Positions 39,200 through 52,930 are shown, numbered from the stretch's first letter. The stretch: 64,000 nucleotides of DNA from Vicugna vicugna (GCA_013265495.1 MU059403.1:1626960-1690959), one strand, 5' to 3'. The notes: generated from the letters alone by a model not told the origin. Program-made: numbers and translations.

Positions 39200-40150
39200 G
39201 TTAGGTTTTGCGCATCCCCTCCGGGGGAGTGTCGTTTTCCCGTTGGGCTCTGCGAGGGCATGTACGCAGCGGAGGCGGGCGAGGGGCCGGTGGCCCCGGG
39301 CCCCGGGCAGGCGGCCGGGCCCCGGCCGTCCCGCTGGCAGGAGAGCTCCTGCGGCCCAGAGGAAACAGAGGCACGCTGGGCTTCCTTGCCACTAACGGCG
39401 GGTCAGAGCCATGGAAGGTTCTCGCTCGGCTCAGGACCAGGAGGTCCCTCAGCCCCAGTCGCCCAGGCCTCACTGCGCCTGTCCTCTTCATCAGCCCTCC
39501 CTGTTCGCTGCGGCGGCGGACGTCAACATGGCCTGCGCCCCCGGGCTTGGAGATGAGCCTCACGCGCTTTCCGTGTTGATTTCCCTCCCCTTTATTTTAA
39601 ATTTAGTTTCACTCTGGCGCAGGGCACGTTCTCGGCCGTCCTCCCGGGGCTACGTAGGCGCACGCACGCCCNNNNNNNNNNNNNNNNNNNNNNNNNNNNN
39701 NNNNNNNNNNNNNNNNNNNNNNNNNNNNNNNNNNNNNNNNNNNNNNNNNNNNNNNNNNNNNNNNNNNNGCGGGGCCGCAGGCGGGACGGGCCACGCCGGC
39801 GCGGCTGCGTCCGCCGGTCGTGGGCGCACACCGAGGAGGGCAATGCGTGTCTTCACGACGACGCACCTGACAAGGAGAGAGCCCAGTGACTTCTGCTCGC
39901 TGTTCAAGGGGATCAAATCCAAACAGGGAGCGGATTCTCCTCTTTGCCGACTGGACTGATTGCCTGGTCCCGTCCGGCCCGTGACTCGGGTCGGAGCGGA
40001 GCGCGGCGCGGGCAGCCGCGAGCCCCGGTGCGCCTGGAGACGGGCGGCGCCTCCCCGACGGCGCGGGGCGGGCGGGGCCGCCGTCCTGCAGAGGAGACTG
40101 AGGTTCTTGGAAAGGCAGCAGCGCGACCCCGTGACCCCTGGGCGAACAGT
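39200..40150. promoter_or_regulatory. Intragenic CpG-island-like block, intron 9
   Basis: Visibly dense CpG and very high GC (for example gcgggcgaggggccggtggccccggg and cggcgcggggcgggcggggccgcc). Spans the N gap. Composition judged by eye. Confidence 0.7.
39672..39768. other. Assembly gap (97 N)
   Basis: Run of N inside a very GC-rich block. Confidence 0.99.
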
Positions 40151-43100
40151 GAGCTGCTCTGCGGCCACCTCCCCAGGCAAAATACTGGGTTGCGGAAAAT
40201 ATTCCTGCCTTAAGTTAATAGAACCTGAAAAAAATTTAAATAAACATCGCAACGTTGAGGGAAAGCGTTTCATTCCAAAATGAAACTGGATTTCAGCTTC
40301 TCCGTGTCAGGACCAGTTTGTGACAGTCTGTTTAGAGTGTCAGGAGCCGGCCTGTGGGAAGTCTGTCAGAGGTAATAAACACAGTCTCAGCAGTGAGGAA
40401 AAAATTGTATAATTTAGACACGTCGTCTGAGTCTGCTAACGTGAAACTGGCAGTGCGTCCAGGACCACGTGCCGTGGCCCGTCGTGGTCTGCATGTCCGC
40501 ACTCCATGTGTTTACTCAGTGGGGTTTCCCTCCGGAGGGTCTCAGACAGAGCCCTGGGCTAGGGCGCTGGGCTGGTCCTGCGGACTGATGTCCGCACTTG
40601 GGAGATGCCCTTGGAATCTGTGATGGGGCCACCGGCTCTGCCATCCCCAGGGGGCTGGTCCACCCAGAGCGCTCACTCCAGGGCCGCCCAGCCCCCTGTG
40701 CTCGTGCTGGCTGCTGTTGGGCCGGGGTGAGCCCATCACCGAGGCGAAGTCAGCGAGCACCCAGGACAAACCCCAGGTGGAGACGTCTGTCTCCTGCCGG
40801 GCCGATGGGCGGGGAAGGGGGACTCATAGTTCCTGCCACCTCTTTCTCCAGGGTGAACAGACCTCCCAGCTCAGTCTGCTGCCCCGAAAGGAAGATCTCA
40901 GTTCCTAGAACCCTCGCTTGGCTGTTCCCTTCGGCTTTGTGCCTGGAGGGTGTGATCTTCGTCCTCTGAAAACTCACGGTAGGGAGGAGCCCCTCCTCCG
41001 AGCTTAAGTTCCAACCTCGTGGTCTCCGACATGCCTTTGGTTGCCCTAACAAGCTTTGTCCTGACTCTTCCCGTGTAAAAGCCACGCTGGGAAAGGCACC
41101 TGAGACATGCGGGCATTGCTTTCTCCCACGCGGTCCGCTGCGCTCAGCATCCCCACCGTCAGGTGGCCGTGGGTCCTGAGCATCACGTCCTCAGACAGTT
41201 CAGGCTGATCTGGTGTGCATGGGCTACCTGAGCTGTGGTTCCTGAGGATTTAATTTAACTGGTGTTTTGTCAGCTGGGAAAGTTTAATCCAGCTGGTACT
41301 CAAATCACTGGGCCAGACTTTCCACAGGAAGGCATCCTTGTACCTCCATCCCCTTTTATGGTTAACAGCACTCTGTGTGCTACGGCCTGGGGACCTGAGT
41401 GTCATCCAGGCCAGCTGATGGCTCAGACCCTTGAGTAAACAGACGCACCGCTGCGTGTGCGGCTCCACGTGTGAGCAGATTACCTGGCGGAGCAGTGGGA
41501 CGAAGCAGGCCCAGAAGCTCCCTGCAGTGTGTGTGGTGTGGTGTGTTCCAGTGGGCGTCGTCGTTCTGCAGTTCGATGTAAGCGGTTTTGTAAAGCCCTG
41601 TCTGCTGAAGTGTAGGCGTTCCTAGTGCCTGAGGGCTGCCTTTGCTGATCCCCAGCCCATATTCCCCTCCGGCGTTCAGGCACCTGCTGGAAACGGGGAG
41701 ACCTGGCAGAGGCCGACCGCGGGGAGGTGGTTGTTATGCTGTGAGAATGCAGCACGTCTGCGCCTGTTCTCCCAGGAAACCTCGCTGCTCAGGATCTGGG
41801 TCAGGATCCGGATAAGTCACTGCTGGTGGGGGGGTCTTGCTTATCTCCAGCTCGGGGCTCCGACTCCTTCGCTGGCGCTGCCTTGTCAAAGGTTTGTAGG
41901 GTAGTCAGCTACAGTGTGTCAAATTCTGGTGTTAGGAAGAAAAAAAAAGATTTGTGGGGCAGGAAGACCAGTCGTACACAGCCTGGTCTGATTCCCCAAA
42001 CTCAGCAAAAATCTGTCCTTCCCAACAAACCTGAGCCCTCAGGCTCTGGAGTCACCTGCGGGAAGCATCTGGCCCGAGCTGGTTCCAGTAAGTACGGGGC
42101 TGTTGGTGTCAGGAAGTTGGAGGAGAAGGGGGTGCACCCCACCTGAGCGAGGCGCTGAGCATCCCTGGAGAAGATGGGCTTTGAGCTAAAGTATTGAGAA
42201 CAAGTATTGAGGAAGACGGGGTAGGCGGAGCCGAGATGACGTTCCAGGTGAGGCCAGCGCCCCGGCGCCAAGCAGACAAGGAACTGTGCAATCGGTCACA
42301 CTGAGAGCGTGTCTGGAAGGGCTCGTATTCAAGGAAGAGGTTGATGGGGCTTCTTTGGTTTTGTTTTTACGTGTAATCATATTGTTACACTTTTCTAAGG
42401 AGGATGGGGTGTCCAGTTACTGTCATTGATTGTAGATCCAAGTGAGACACACCTGTAAGCTTGTCTTCAGAGAGCCCGCCCTTTCCCTGAAGCCCCCCAG
42501 GGCCCCGGCTCCCGGAGTCAGGCTCATCCCTGTCGCTGTTCGGGCACCGAAGGCAGAACAGGGGAGGGCGGGGCTGCTGGCCGTTCAGCTGGTTACAGAG
42601 TGGACTCTAGGTTGCACGTGTGGGCTCAGGAGATTAGTGCTCATCGCCAGGGCCACGATCCACCACCACCCCCTCGTGCAGCGTTTCCAGACTCGATGCT
42701 TCATAGACACCGTCGCAGTTCTGGAATCTTAACACACCTTCGTGGGAGCGTTTCATATGGCAGGAGGCTGTCTGATACTTCATTGATTGATGGTTGATTG
42801 AGTTGGTTAATAGTTAATGGCTGAGCCCAGGATCATGAGGCGTAACATCCCGTATTAACCCTTCAGACCAATAGCCAGGGCTTCTTTAATTAGATGAATT
42901 TCCAAAACCTGAGGAGGGCAAGTGGCAAAGACTGGCTGAGGTGCAGAATGCTCTCTGAGCACAGCCACGCCATTCTGGGCTTGGCTGGGCTTTTGTATGA
43001 AGAGGGTGCGGTCTGGTCAGAGGTTGGGGACCTGGGGGCCTCGGTGTAGCCACTGTCCAGCAGCGAGTCCTGAAATCTGTCCCTTGAGTCTCTGTCTGCT

Positions 43101-43344
43101 CATCAGAAGGAAGGGGTAAAGTCCCCACCACCCAGGCTCCCCGAGGCAGAGCTGAGGCCGTGTCTGTGGGTTTGCTCAGCACGAGGCTCGGGGCTGTGAT
43201 GGTGCACGTTGACTGAGATGGGCTGACGGCCACGTCCACGGGATGTTCTCCCAGTGAGAGGGGGTCTCAGAGCCCCGCCACTTCCTCCCAGGCTGTACTG
43301 GACATCTTGGATACTTAGCCCTCACCAAAAAGAATCATGATTTA

Positions 43345-43990
43345 ATTTTTTTAATTAAAGAAAAATATTTTGAGTTACCATTGGTGTATAACGTTATATA
43401 AGTTTCATGCATACTGCATTATATTTTATTTCTGTCTACACTGCCGTGTGCTCACCACCAAGATTTAGTTTCCATCTGTCACCACACAGTGGACTCCCTT
43501 TACCTGTTTAACACCCTCTTCCCTCCCTTCTCCACTGGTAACTTCTGTGTAGCTAGGTGTTTGTTTTTGTTTTGTTTTTTAATTTATTTTGTTTGGCTTT
43601 TGTTTATTTGTTTTTTAGATTCTCCATATGAGTGAAATCATATGCTATTTGACTTTCTCTTTCTGATTTATTTCTCATAACATAATACCCTTCAAGTCCA
43701 TCCATGCTGGTGTAAATGGCATTATTTTATTCTTTTATATGGCTGAGTAGTATTCCACTGTATAAATATACCACAGCTTCTTTATCTGGTCATCTGCTGA
43801 TTGACACTTAGGCTGCTTCCATATCTTGGCTGTTGTAAATGTGTTGCATGTGTCTTTTCAAATTAGCGTTTTCATGTTCTTTGAATAAATGCCCAGAAAG
43901 TGGGATTGCTGGATCATACAGAAATTCTACTGTTAATTTTTTGAGGCCTCTCCATACTAGCCCCATAGTAGCTGCACCAGTTTGCAACGA
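43345..43990 (-). mobile_element. L1 (L1MA-like) 3' end, antisense, AT-rich
   Basis: catatgagtgaaatcatatgctatttg...ttttatatggctgagtagtattccactgtataaatataccacagcttctttatc...gtgggattgctggatcata is a canonical antisense L1 3' region. Confidence 0.92.
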
Positions 43991-44323
43991 CTTGCTTAGA
44001 TTGTAGAGCTATTTAGAATATGTGTTTCTAAAAGAGGGCCTGTAACCGAAGCGGGAGGTCAGTGTTTGCAGCTGACTCCTGAAGGTCAAGCCGCTAGATG
44101 GATAACTGCCAGATGTCCAGGCAGCCTGACAGCTTGGGGATGTCCCTGCAGGGGGAGGTGTGTTTACACCCTACACACTGCGCGGATGTCGGCCATCTTG
44201 GGCCTCGTCCTCTGGAGGCTTTATTGCAGAGATGCTCAGCTGGTGACGACAGTGGTGGGTTTCTCTTGGGGCGGGGGCTGGGGGGCCAAGTTACAATCAA
44301 TGTGGCCCTGAGGCCCTAACCTT

Positions 44324-45176
44324 AACCCTTGCATTGAAAATTGATTAAAACTGGGACTTTTTCCTAAGATGTGGACATTCCAGCAAATACTGGGGTGAGT
44401 CCAGTTCCCGAGTCGGCTGACCAGAGTCTGCCGGCGTTTCCTTGAGGGTGGGGCCGCTTCTACCTCTTGCCCTCCGGTCACTCCCCACCTCCTTGCGGAA
44501 ATGCGGTCAGGAAGGCGATGCCGGCGGGGCGGGAGGAGGAGCCCGCGGAGGAGGGCTGGAGGAGCTGCCGTCTCCGACGCAGTCCGCAGTGTTGCGTTGT
44601 TGTGAATCATTCTGTTTGTAACTCAGGCAAAGAGAATAGTTCCAAACATAGGCAGACAGTTGCAGTGATGTGCGTAGGAAGCACCTTCTTTCCTGCAGAG
44701 GAGACAATGGCTCCCGTGGGCTGTTGCTCACACGCGCTTCCTGGGAGCGGGTCCTGGCGGACCGCGGGATCCTGAGGGCTTGGCTCCACTGCCCAAGAAA
44801 TGTTTCAGAAGGTTGACATTTCCGGTGTAGAGAGTCTTCTTTGTTTAGATTCAGCCCCAGTTTCTCGTCTCATTCATCAAATTGTCAGCTTAGTGCACCA
44901 TTTTTGGCTCGGGGTGAGGGCAGGTCTAGACGTAGAGGAAAAAAATCAAAACATGTTGCTTGAGTCACTTCCAAAATACTTCTGCGAGACCCAGCCTTGG
45001 GTGACTTCCCCCAGTCCTGCCGAGACTGTAGCTGCTTCCTTCCACAGGGAAGGAAGAGAAAGCCACCGAGGCGGCTCTTTCTTGCTGGTCATCTGGGAAG
45101 GCTTATGTGAACCCTTGCATTGAAAACTGATTAAAACTGGGACTTGTTCCAAAGATGTAGACGTCCTAGCAAGCAC
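44324..45176. repeat. Dispersed direct repeat, about 67 bp, at 44324-44390 and 45110-45176
   Basis: aacccttgcattgaaaa(t/c)tgattaaaactgggactt...: 35 of the first 36 nt identical and about 58 of 67 overall, 786 bp apart. Confidence 0.85.
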
Positions 45177-48100
45177 CTGGGCACTTCCTTGAAGGTGGCG
45201 TCACTGCCGTCTCCTGCCCCTCGTGTCTGTTTTAACTTTCCCCCCAGATCATGAGATGGCAGAGGCTCAGAGGTGGCCCAGGTCCCTGTTCCACTGGGAT
45301 GCTGGTGGGGGAGTTCCCCAGAAACGTGGGCGGGGCAGCCCCAGCCTTTGTGCAGACTCCCCCCGCCTCTCACCTTTGCTTTGTTTCTGTGTTTGGGGCT
45401 CTGCAGGGGGAGCACTGCATGCCTTTGGGTAATTAAAACCCCAGCCGGCTCAGACTCACGTTTGGGTGAAGTTGGCTGCGGCTCACGGGGCATTGCGGCC
45501 GTGTCCCTCGCCTCCTGTTTTCTCTGGTTCATTGTGGGCCAAGTGTAGTTCTGTGGTTCATGACTCTTGGAAGGGTCTCCACCCCATCTCCACGGCAGCG
45601 TTTGTGGGTGATGGGGGGGTCTGACCCAGCCGGATGAACAAGGAAGGAAAACAGACGGTGAAGGCCGGGCAAGCCGGGAGCCTCTGCTGACTCGACGGAG
45701 CGGCCAAGCCCGGAGCTCCCCCGCCACACCCACCCCGGGGCCCGCGCACCTGCCGTGAGTCGCATGCTGACTGCCGCTAGGAAGCTGCAGAAGTCAGGGT
45801 CCCCTAGACGTTGTGGGATGGTCCGAAAACGCTTGCTCACTCTTCATCTTTTAAGAGTTTAAAATCCAACCTCACTTGAAATCAAACCAAGGTCATGGCT
45901 GCTATAAAATATAATTTACAAGCACATCGTGGAGTGCAAGCTTATTTTTTTTGACAGAGACGAATGGGTTTTTTCTGGTCTGTGGTTTGAATATACGGGC
46001 CGTCTATCTTGTTGTTAAGCCCGTGTTCTTTCTGGAATTCCTCATTGCACTGACAAGAGACTGTCCGAGCAAACTGTCGAAAGTAAAAGTGAACGAACCA
46101 GGAGTTTGGAAAGAAAGATTTCTCTGTTTCAACGGAAAGCGTTCCTTAAATTACACCTGAGGGGAGGAAAGGAGAGAAAGCAGCCTTGCTGTGTGTGGGC
46201 ACCTGGACCAAGTCCGTTCTCCAGGCCTGCGCAGTGGGTGTGCGCTGGGCCCCGACGCTGGGCTGTGGGATTTTCACACCGAGTTCTTGAGACAGAGGAG
46301 AACTCCCTGCACCTCTGGGTCCCTGTACCCGGCTGTGTCTCGCTACACAGCTGAGAGTCCATCAGACATCCCACTGGGATACATCCCACCGGTCAGGGCA
46401 CAGATGCGGCCCCTCCGCTGCAGGGGCCTGGGCAGTGCATGTGCCCGTGTCCCCCACGCAGCGGCCGAGGGGCGGTTACCGCTGGGGCTGGGGTGGGAAC
46501 AGTGTTGCTATTTTGTTTTCACAGACCTGAAACACTTGGTAGTTGGCACTTACAGGGACAGCCCTGGTTTAGTCCTGCAGGAAGGTGGCCCATTGTCTCA
46601 GGAAATATTCCAGGAACATGCCCAGAAACGCAAGCCTGCACTGCTGGTCCACTTGGGGGGGGGGGCTGGGCAGTGAATAAACAAGCATGCGGGGCCAAAA
46701 CCAGGAGGGGTGCTTCCACACCCGGTGCAGGAACCCAGCTTTCTGTTGTTTTACGTGAACACGCACAGTCCTTGGGCACGGTGGCTGCGACTTTCCGGGG
46801 ACCGGTGCGCGGTGGTCAGAGCCCCTCCCCTGGGCGCTGTCCTCCCCCCGCGGCCCCGCCGTCCCGCATCCATGCGGAGAGCAGAGGGAGGCCCGCGCAG
46901 CCCCAGCTCACCGCGCACCCGAGGGAAGCGGCTCCGGGGCCCGAGTCCCCAGGTGATATGAGAGAAAGCATATCACTTTCTATGTGGCTGTGTGAGTGGA
47001 AGTGTGGGGGCTGGAAGGTGCACGTTAGTGGACTTTGCACAAACCCCAGGTGTGAGGACCTCCCTGCGCGCCCCAGGCCCCAGGCGGGGAGCGCGGGCCC
47101 CAGCTGGGATGGGCGTGTTGGACGTGACTGAGGACAGTCAGCGCTCGGGAGACGGCACACGGCTCAACATTTCATCGAGGGCTTTTGGACTCGGAAGGAG
47201 CCCTGTGTCTGGCTGGGGGTGGCGGTGGGGTCGCGCTGCTTGCTGGCAGGTGGCAGGGTCAGGAGCAGGCATCTGTTTCAGGGGTGTGGGTGCCAAGGGC
47301 GGAGGGTGTGGCCACCAGCTCCTGGGCTGCAGTCCCCTGCTGCGTGCTCCCCTGGGGGGCCCCCCGCTGCATGCTCCCCTCAGCCCCCCCACCCCGCACT
47401 CCTCGCGGGGCCTCCCCAGCCCCGGCTTAGTGGCGGCTTGGCGGCTGTGGATGTTTGCCTTCTTTTCTCCCCAGATGGTGGTGCTTCACGCGGTAAGACT
47501 GAGAATGGCTGCAGTTTTATTTCCCTTTTCTGTAAACGCTCAGCCCCGCGAATGGTTTTATTCGATGCCTCACTTCGCCTCCTCGCCCGCACAAGGAGGG
47601 CCTCCCACCAGGGCACTAACCCGCTTTATCTGCACGTGTGGACCCAGGTGACGTCCGGGGTCCGGGAGGAACGTGGTTTGCGCCTGGGCCCCGTCCCAGG
47701 CGCCCCAGCAACACGTGGGGAGAGAGCAAAGCGCACGAGCAGCCTGTGATTGACACTTACTTTCAGGTAAAGGTGATTAAGAAAAAAATTGCAAACCACT
47801 TAGCTGCTTGTTTGTAGTTTGAAATAGTGTACGTGAAATTAAGGGGCTTAATATTCTGGTGCCTGAGGTTCGCATAGAGTTATCGACCGTAAGGTTCTGT
47901 TAGTCTTCAGGCAAGAGTGCGTTTCATCCTTCGGCAAGACGCAGTCATCAGCACCCTCCTTCTGTTTCTAGAGGAGCAGCTGTAACTTCCTGGCCGCTTC
48001 TCACAAGCCTTGAAAGCAGCAAATGGTGGGTCTCGTTTCTGGGGGAAAATGTATTCATATTCCTCTGGGGAAAGAGCACAAACTAGCCTTCCCTGAAAAT

Positions 48101-51100
48101 TTCTGATAAATTCTGAAAATTTTGGGAGAAGGCCTGGTCTTATATGTGTGTTTAAAATCCTGGCTTTGCTGCCATAAAACTTTGATCCTCAGAGATTTCA
48201 GGCTGCAAGGAGAATTTTCAATCCACCCAAGTTCCTCTCTCTCATATTTTTCACCAAAGACACTACACAGGCCTTTGGGTGTCCAGTTCCTCCACTAAAG
48301 TTCTGACCAAGTCTGGAAAAGTACGGCCCTTCCAGGCTTCCGCTCAGCCCAGAAGTCACGGCCTTGGGCCATGGGAGAGTGGACGCCTGCATCCCCCGTC
48401 CTACGTCACCTCCCGAGTCTCACCTCCTGCGTCTCACCCCCTGAATGTCACCTCCTGCTTTCCTACCTCCCCCATCCAGCCGCCCCTCTGCTGCCTCCTC
48501 ACAGGGAATCCTAAGATGCCATGCCACAGTTTTTGACAGACATGTGACACATACCTGGTCAAAATTTAGAGAAATTTGTTCCCCATTGGTTGACTTCCAA
48601 ATTTAGAGAGTTAAAGCCATGAACAGAGAAGTAGATGATTATGGTGGAGTGACTAAGTGCGCAGGTGCACACACGCACAAAACCCCTCAGAGGGATGTGA
48701 GAAAATCAGAGGAAGGTGTTTGATTTTCTGTTTCGCTTTAACATGTGTCTCACCTACGCTAGTTTTCTATACATCTGAAATGAGCCAGGCAGTTGAAGAC
48801 TGTAGGCCGCCCCCGTGGGTGCTTTAGAGCTAGATTAACTAGTGGCCTCATCCCTCAGCAGTTTTCACCCCGTCGTCACCCAGTCGACCAGTGGGATCCC
48901 CTCCCGTCTCCCTGCCCGGCACCCCCCTCCTCTCCCGGTGCGATGCTCAGGCCGCAGCTGTGCGTCGATGCTGGCTAACATGGGTCCACACCGGTCATCG
49001 TCTGATGTCTTCCCCGATACCTGATGAGGAAGTGGCCGCCCTCCCTCTGACGGGGAGTGTGCCAGGGGCCGCGGAGGAAGGGGGTGTTGGCTAAGATGCC
49101 GAGGAGAGCTGCAAGATGTGGTTGAGGTAGCAGCCCTGAAAAGGTTTCGACCTGCGTTTGAGAGAAAAAGGGAAAAGAAGGAACCATATGAGCAGATCTG
49201 CTGCAGTCAGTCGTTCCTGCTGACAAGCTTGCGTTTTACCACAAGGGTGCTCCCTAGGCGCTGCAGGACGCCCGCTAGCCAGTCTAAGGCATCGGCTGTG
49301 ACCCAGGCCCCCGGGAGGCCCTGTGCCCGGGCCGAGGGCCAGCCTGCTCCGATGAGCAGCTGGGCCGAGCGCGCAAGGCCGGGGCCGTGCCGCCTGCCTA
49401 CCGAGGGCCAAACCCGGCACGGGAACCTAACAGGGTGTCAGTATTTGACTCGGATTCTGCAGGTGAATGAAATCAACTGCGTGTCTTCAAGCCAAGCTGT
49501 ATGCTCTATGTTGCCATGGATTTGTAAATCAACTGTGGTAGTGATACAGCTGCTAGCTTTGAAAAGGACAGCCCGGTTTCCTCCCTCTGCAAACATTTCT
49601 CTACGCAGTCTCGGTGGAAGCGGCAGGTGTTCCGGGTGGGGGCCGTCCCTGTGCGGAGCCTGCCCCAGCCCGAGCTCTGCTCTACGTCCGGCAGGGAACA
49701 AGCTTGCAGGTGGAGCTGCCCCTCAATAAAGAGTGACTCTGTGTTGTGTCACGGAGCCTGCGGGCTACGGTTTCAAGGACAAAAGATGTGTGGGAAGGAG
49801 GCCGTGCCGGCAGACGGGGGGTGGGGTGCTGGGAGGAGGCCCGGCGCCTTTGTCAGCCTGGGGTCCTGTCAGGTGGACACTCGGGGTCCTGCTGGACGAC
49901 TCACTGAGGTGAGCCCAGGCTGCGGGAGGCTGTGTGGTCACGAGGTGTGGTCTGCGGGCATCACCGGGCATCACCGGGCCCCACGGCGTCCGCCAGCCAA
50001 GGGCGTGGCTGGGGGAAGACTGCGCCTCCCTCTGTGGCCTGGGCGGGTCCCTCTCACCCCCAGCTCTGCCGCTCCTGAGAGGCCGCGTGCATTTCCTAGG
50101 GAGGAATTTTGATTTCACTTTCCTTCTGTCATTTCTCCAATTACGAAAACTCTCCTCTTAATAATGAGCTCCCTAAGTCTTCTTTCTGATTTCTCCTCAT
50201 TTTTCCAAACATCGTGTCAGGATGAACATGACCCAGAACCTCGCATTCCCATTGGGAAAAGCACCCCCCAGAGGTGCTCAGCCCTGGGAGCTGAAGTAGA
50301 GTCAGTGAGCAGAGCTGGGGTCCTTCCCCCACCCCCATCCTGGCTCTCGCTGGCCTCCGATTCCCACCCGGACCCTGGACGCCTGGGGACTGTTTTCCAG
50401 GAATGCCATCGTAATGAACGCCACCCCGTCCCCCTTCATTCCTGCACTTGTTTGGAAGTGACCCTGGTGTTCCTGTTCCGTTTGTGGTTGTACTTGAAAC
50501 TTGCAGGCATGCTTCTCAAAGTTCGAGGTCCCCCGGCATCTCTGCCTTCCCGTCGAGGGAGGCGAGCACGTGGGCCTGCCAGCTGGGGTCCGGTGCGTCT
50601 GGGAGGGGCGCTCACCACCGAATCCCAGCGCCTCCCTCTGGGGCCCAGCCAGCACTTGTGGAGAAAACGCAGCACTCATCAGCAAGTCGACTTGGGGTGT
50701 GTGGTTCCTGGTTATTCAGACCAAAGTCTGTGTGTCCGCAGAGTGTGGGACGGAGGTCACCTGGTCTTGGAGGTGCCGCCTTCTGTCTCTCTGGGCCTCA
50801 ATCACTTTTTCCTTTTCTTTACTCAAATGGAGTTCAGTGTCTTTGCCAATAAACATGAGAAGGATCCTTTTTGGGGCTGAAGTACCTCTCAGCTGTGAAA
50901 TATGATCCTTAGCAGGAAGATGGTGCGTTTCAGTCTGTAATTTACACTGCAGTGAAAAACAAACCAGGACAGCAGGATTGAGTTCATATTTCTTGTTTTA
51001 GGTGAAGATTAAATTTTTACGGTAACTTTTTTGCATTAAAATGTTCTAAAGCTTTTAGATGCTGTTAGTCTTGGGTTTCACGATGAATATGTATCCCTTT

Positions 51101-51949
51101 CTAATTAAAAATCTTGTGTTATTTTACCTCATTTGGGGGATATGATTAAATTAACAGCAAAACGCAACCTGGGTAGACCCCCGCTGAAGTCACACTCAGC
51201 TGTTCAGCCCTGAGCAGTGCTTAATCAGCTCAGTCCTTCCCTAGACACCTGTGTGTTTCTGCATCTACACCACGTCCCTCCTTGGGCATCTGGATGCCAG
51301 GGCGTGTGGGAATTCACAGGCCCTGGGGTTACAAGAGCGGGTGGATTGTGCGCCCCCCGGGGACATCCCTGCTGAGGGGCTATGACATTCTCCTGCAGTC
51401 AGCTGGCGGACAGTGCCCCGGCCGCCGTGCTCCTCCTGGGCCGGGAGCAGGGGCACTCGCAGGCCTGCCCGCGGTTCCTTTTCCTCTTCGCGGTCAGAGT
51501 GCCGCTCTCGGACAGTGGCAAGGCAGGGACCGGGCGGGGTCCTGCCTGGAGCTGCCACGGGCGGGCTGCAGGAAGTTCCCCGCTCCTGCCGATCATCCCG
51601 GGCACACCTGCAGCCTCAAGTCTTCTGTTTCTTCCCGAGGGAAGAGATAAGGAGATAATTACCTTTTACTTGAAAAGTGGCGTTCTCGCAGTGCTCCTGG
51701 GGGTTTCTCTATAGATCAGAATCGGCTTTCCCATTGCTGTTCAAGGGGCGAGGCGGTGCACAGCTCTGGTTTCACTCTCCACCTCCAGCGTTCCCCCACC
51801 CACAGGGGCGCGCAGCTGCTTTCTCACATGTGCGTGTGACCAAGTGGGACCTGGAGTTAGTGGATTCCTGCTATAGGCAACTATCGTGTGCGTGAGTGAT
51901 GAAAACGAAAACTCCAGTGTCAGGAGGAAATGCATGAAAACCACGGCTC

Positions 51950-52560
51950 TGTCACTGCGTAGACACGCTGGCCTCTGACCGACCGGCTGCCGTCCCAGCA
52001 CCCGCCCGACCGCGCCCGGTGCTCCTCCTGCTCTCAGAGTCCAGGGGGGCCGCCGGCTGCCTGCCTCCCCCATGTCGTCCTGAGGGGCGACGGCGGGGCA
52101 GGGCGTCCAGGGAGCTCGGAGGGGGGAGTGCGGTGCCCTCCTTCCCACGGTGTGTTCCGCACACAGTCGCAGTCGCACGGTCGCAGGGCCGTGCGCAGCC
52201 TTCGGCCGGGCCGCCTGGCAGCCTGGAGCCGGGTGGGCTCGGCGTCGGGCCGCACGGGGAGCCTGGGGTCCCCCGCGCGCCGGGGGGCGGGGCCCGCCCC
52301 TGCGGAGCCCCCCTCCCGGTCCCAGGGAGCCCGCTGCTCCCTGCGCTCTGGGAAGTGCGAACAGCTGCCCGCCCTTTGCTTTTCACAGGCTGCCCCGGAG
52401 CCAAGAAGAATGAGTTCCTGACGAGTGTGCTGGACGCGCTGTCCACGGACATGGTCCACGCCGTCTCCGACCCCGCCTCCCCCGGCAGGTGCGCGCCGAG
52501 CCCCAGGGCGGGGAGCTCGGCCTCAAGGCGCCGGCAGGCCTGGGGGAAGAGGAGTCCCCT
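51950..52560. promoter_or_regulatory. CpG-island-like block covering the exon 10 equivalent
   Basis: Dense CpG and GC boxes (ggggcggggcc at about 52285) immediately upstream of and across the exon. Confidence 0.65.
52389..52488 (+). CDS. SMOC2: SMOC2 coding exon (exon 10 equivalent), start of the extracellular calcium-binding domain
   Basis: Acceptor ctttgcttttcacag| at 52387-52388, donor AG|gtgcgc at 52489. 100 nt, phase 1 to phase 2. Translates (G)CPGAKKNEFLTSVLDALSTDMVHAVSDPASPG(R). Confidence 0.97.
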
Positions 52561-52842
52561 CCCCGCACGGGAGGCCACTGCTTGTGTCCGGAGGAGACTC
52601 CTTTAGCAGGTTTTCTCCTGAGGCGATCAGACCAGGGAGGACTCAGCGCCACGGGACAGGGCCCCGGCCCTGGGATCTCCCCCAGTTCCCTCAGGCGGGG
52701 CGGGGGTGGTGGGCGGGAGGAGACTGGGAAGGAAGAGCCCCAGTCCAGAGGGCTTCCCACTTTGGAATCATACTTCAGAGCTATGGATGGGATTTTAAAT
52801 ACATTGATAAAAATGTTCAGTTTAAGATTCTCAAAATTCAAT

Positions 52843-52930
52843 TCCTTTAGGTGAAATATATATAAAATGTACCATCTCAACCACTTTCAAATCTGCAGTC
52901 CAGTGGCATTCATTACATTAACACAGTTCA
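52843..52930 (-). mobile_element. Short L1MB-like 3' terminal fragment
   Basis: taggtgaaatata...aaaatgtaccatctcaaccactttc...cagtggcattcattacattaacaca resembles the L1MB 3' terminus. A SINE begins immediately after it. Confidence 0.55.

Noticed and set aside
52487-52494. Exon 10 donor GTGCGC looked non-consensus
   Set aside because: It keeps CAG|GT and +5 G and gives the correct phase, so there is no evidence of a defect.
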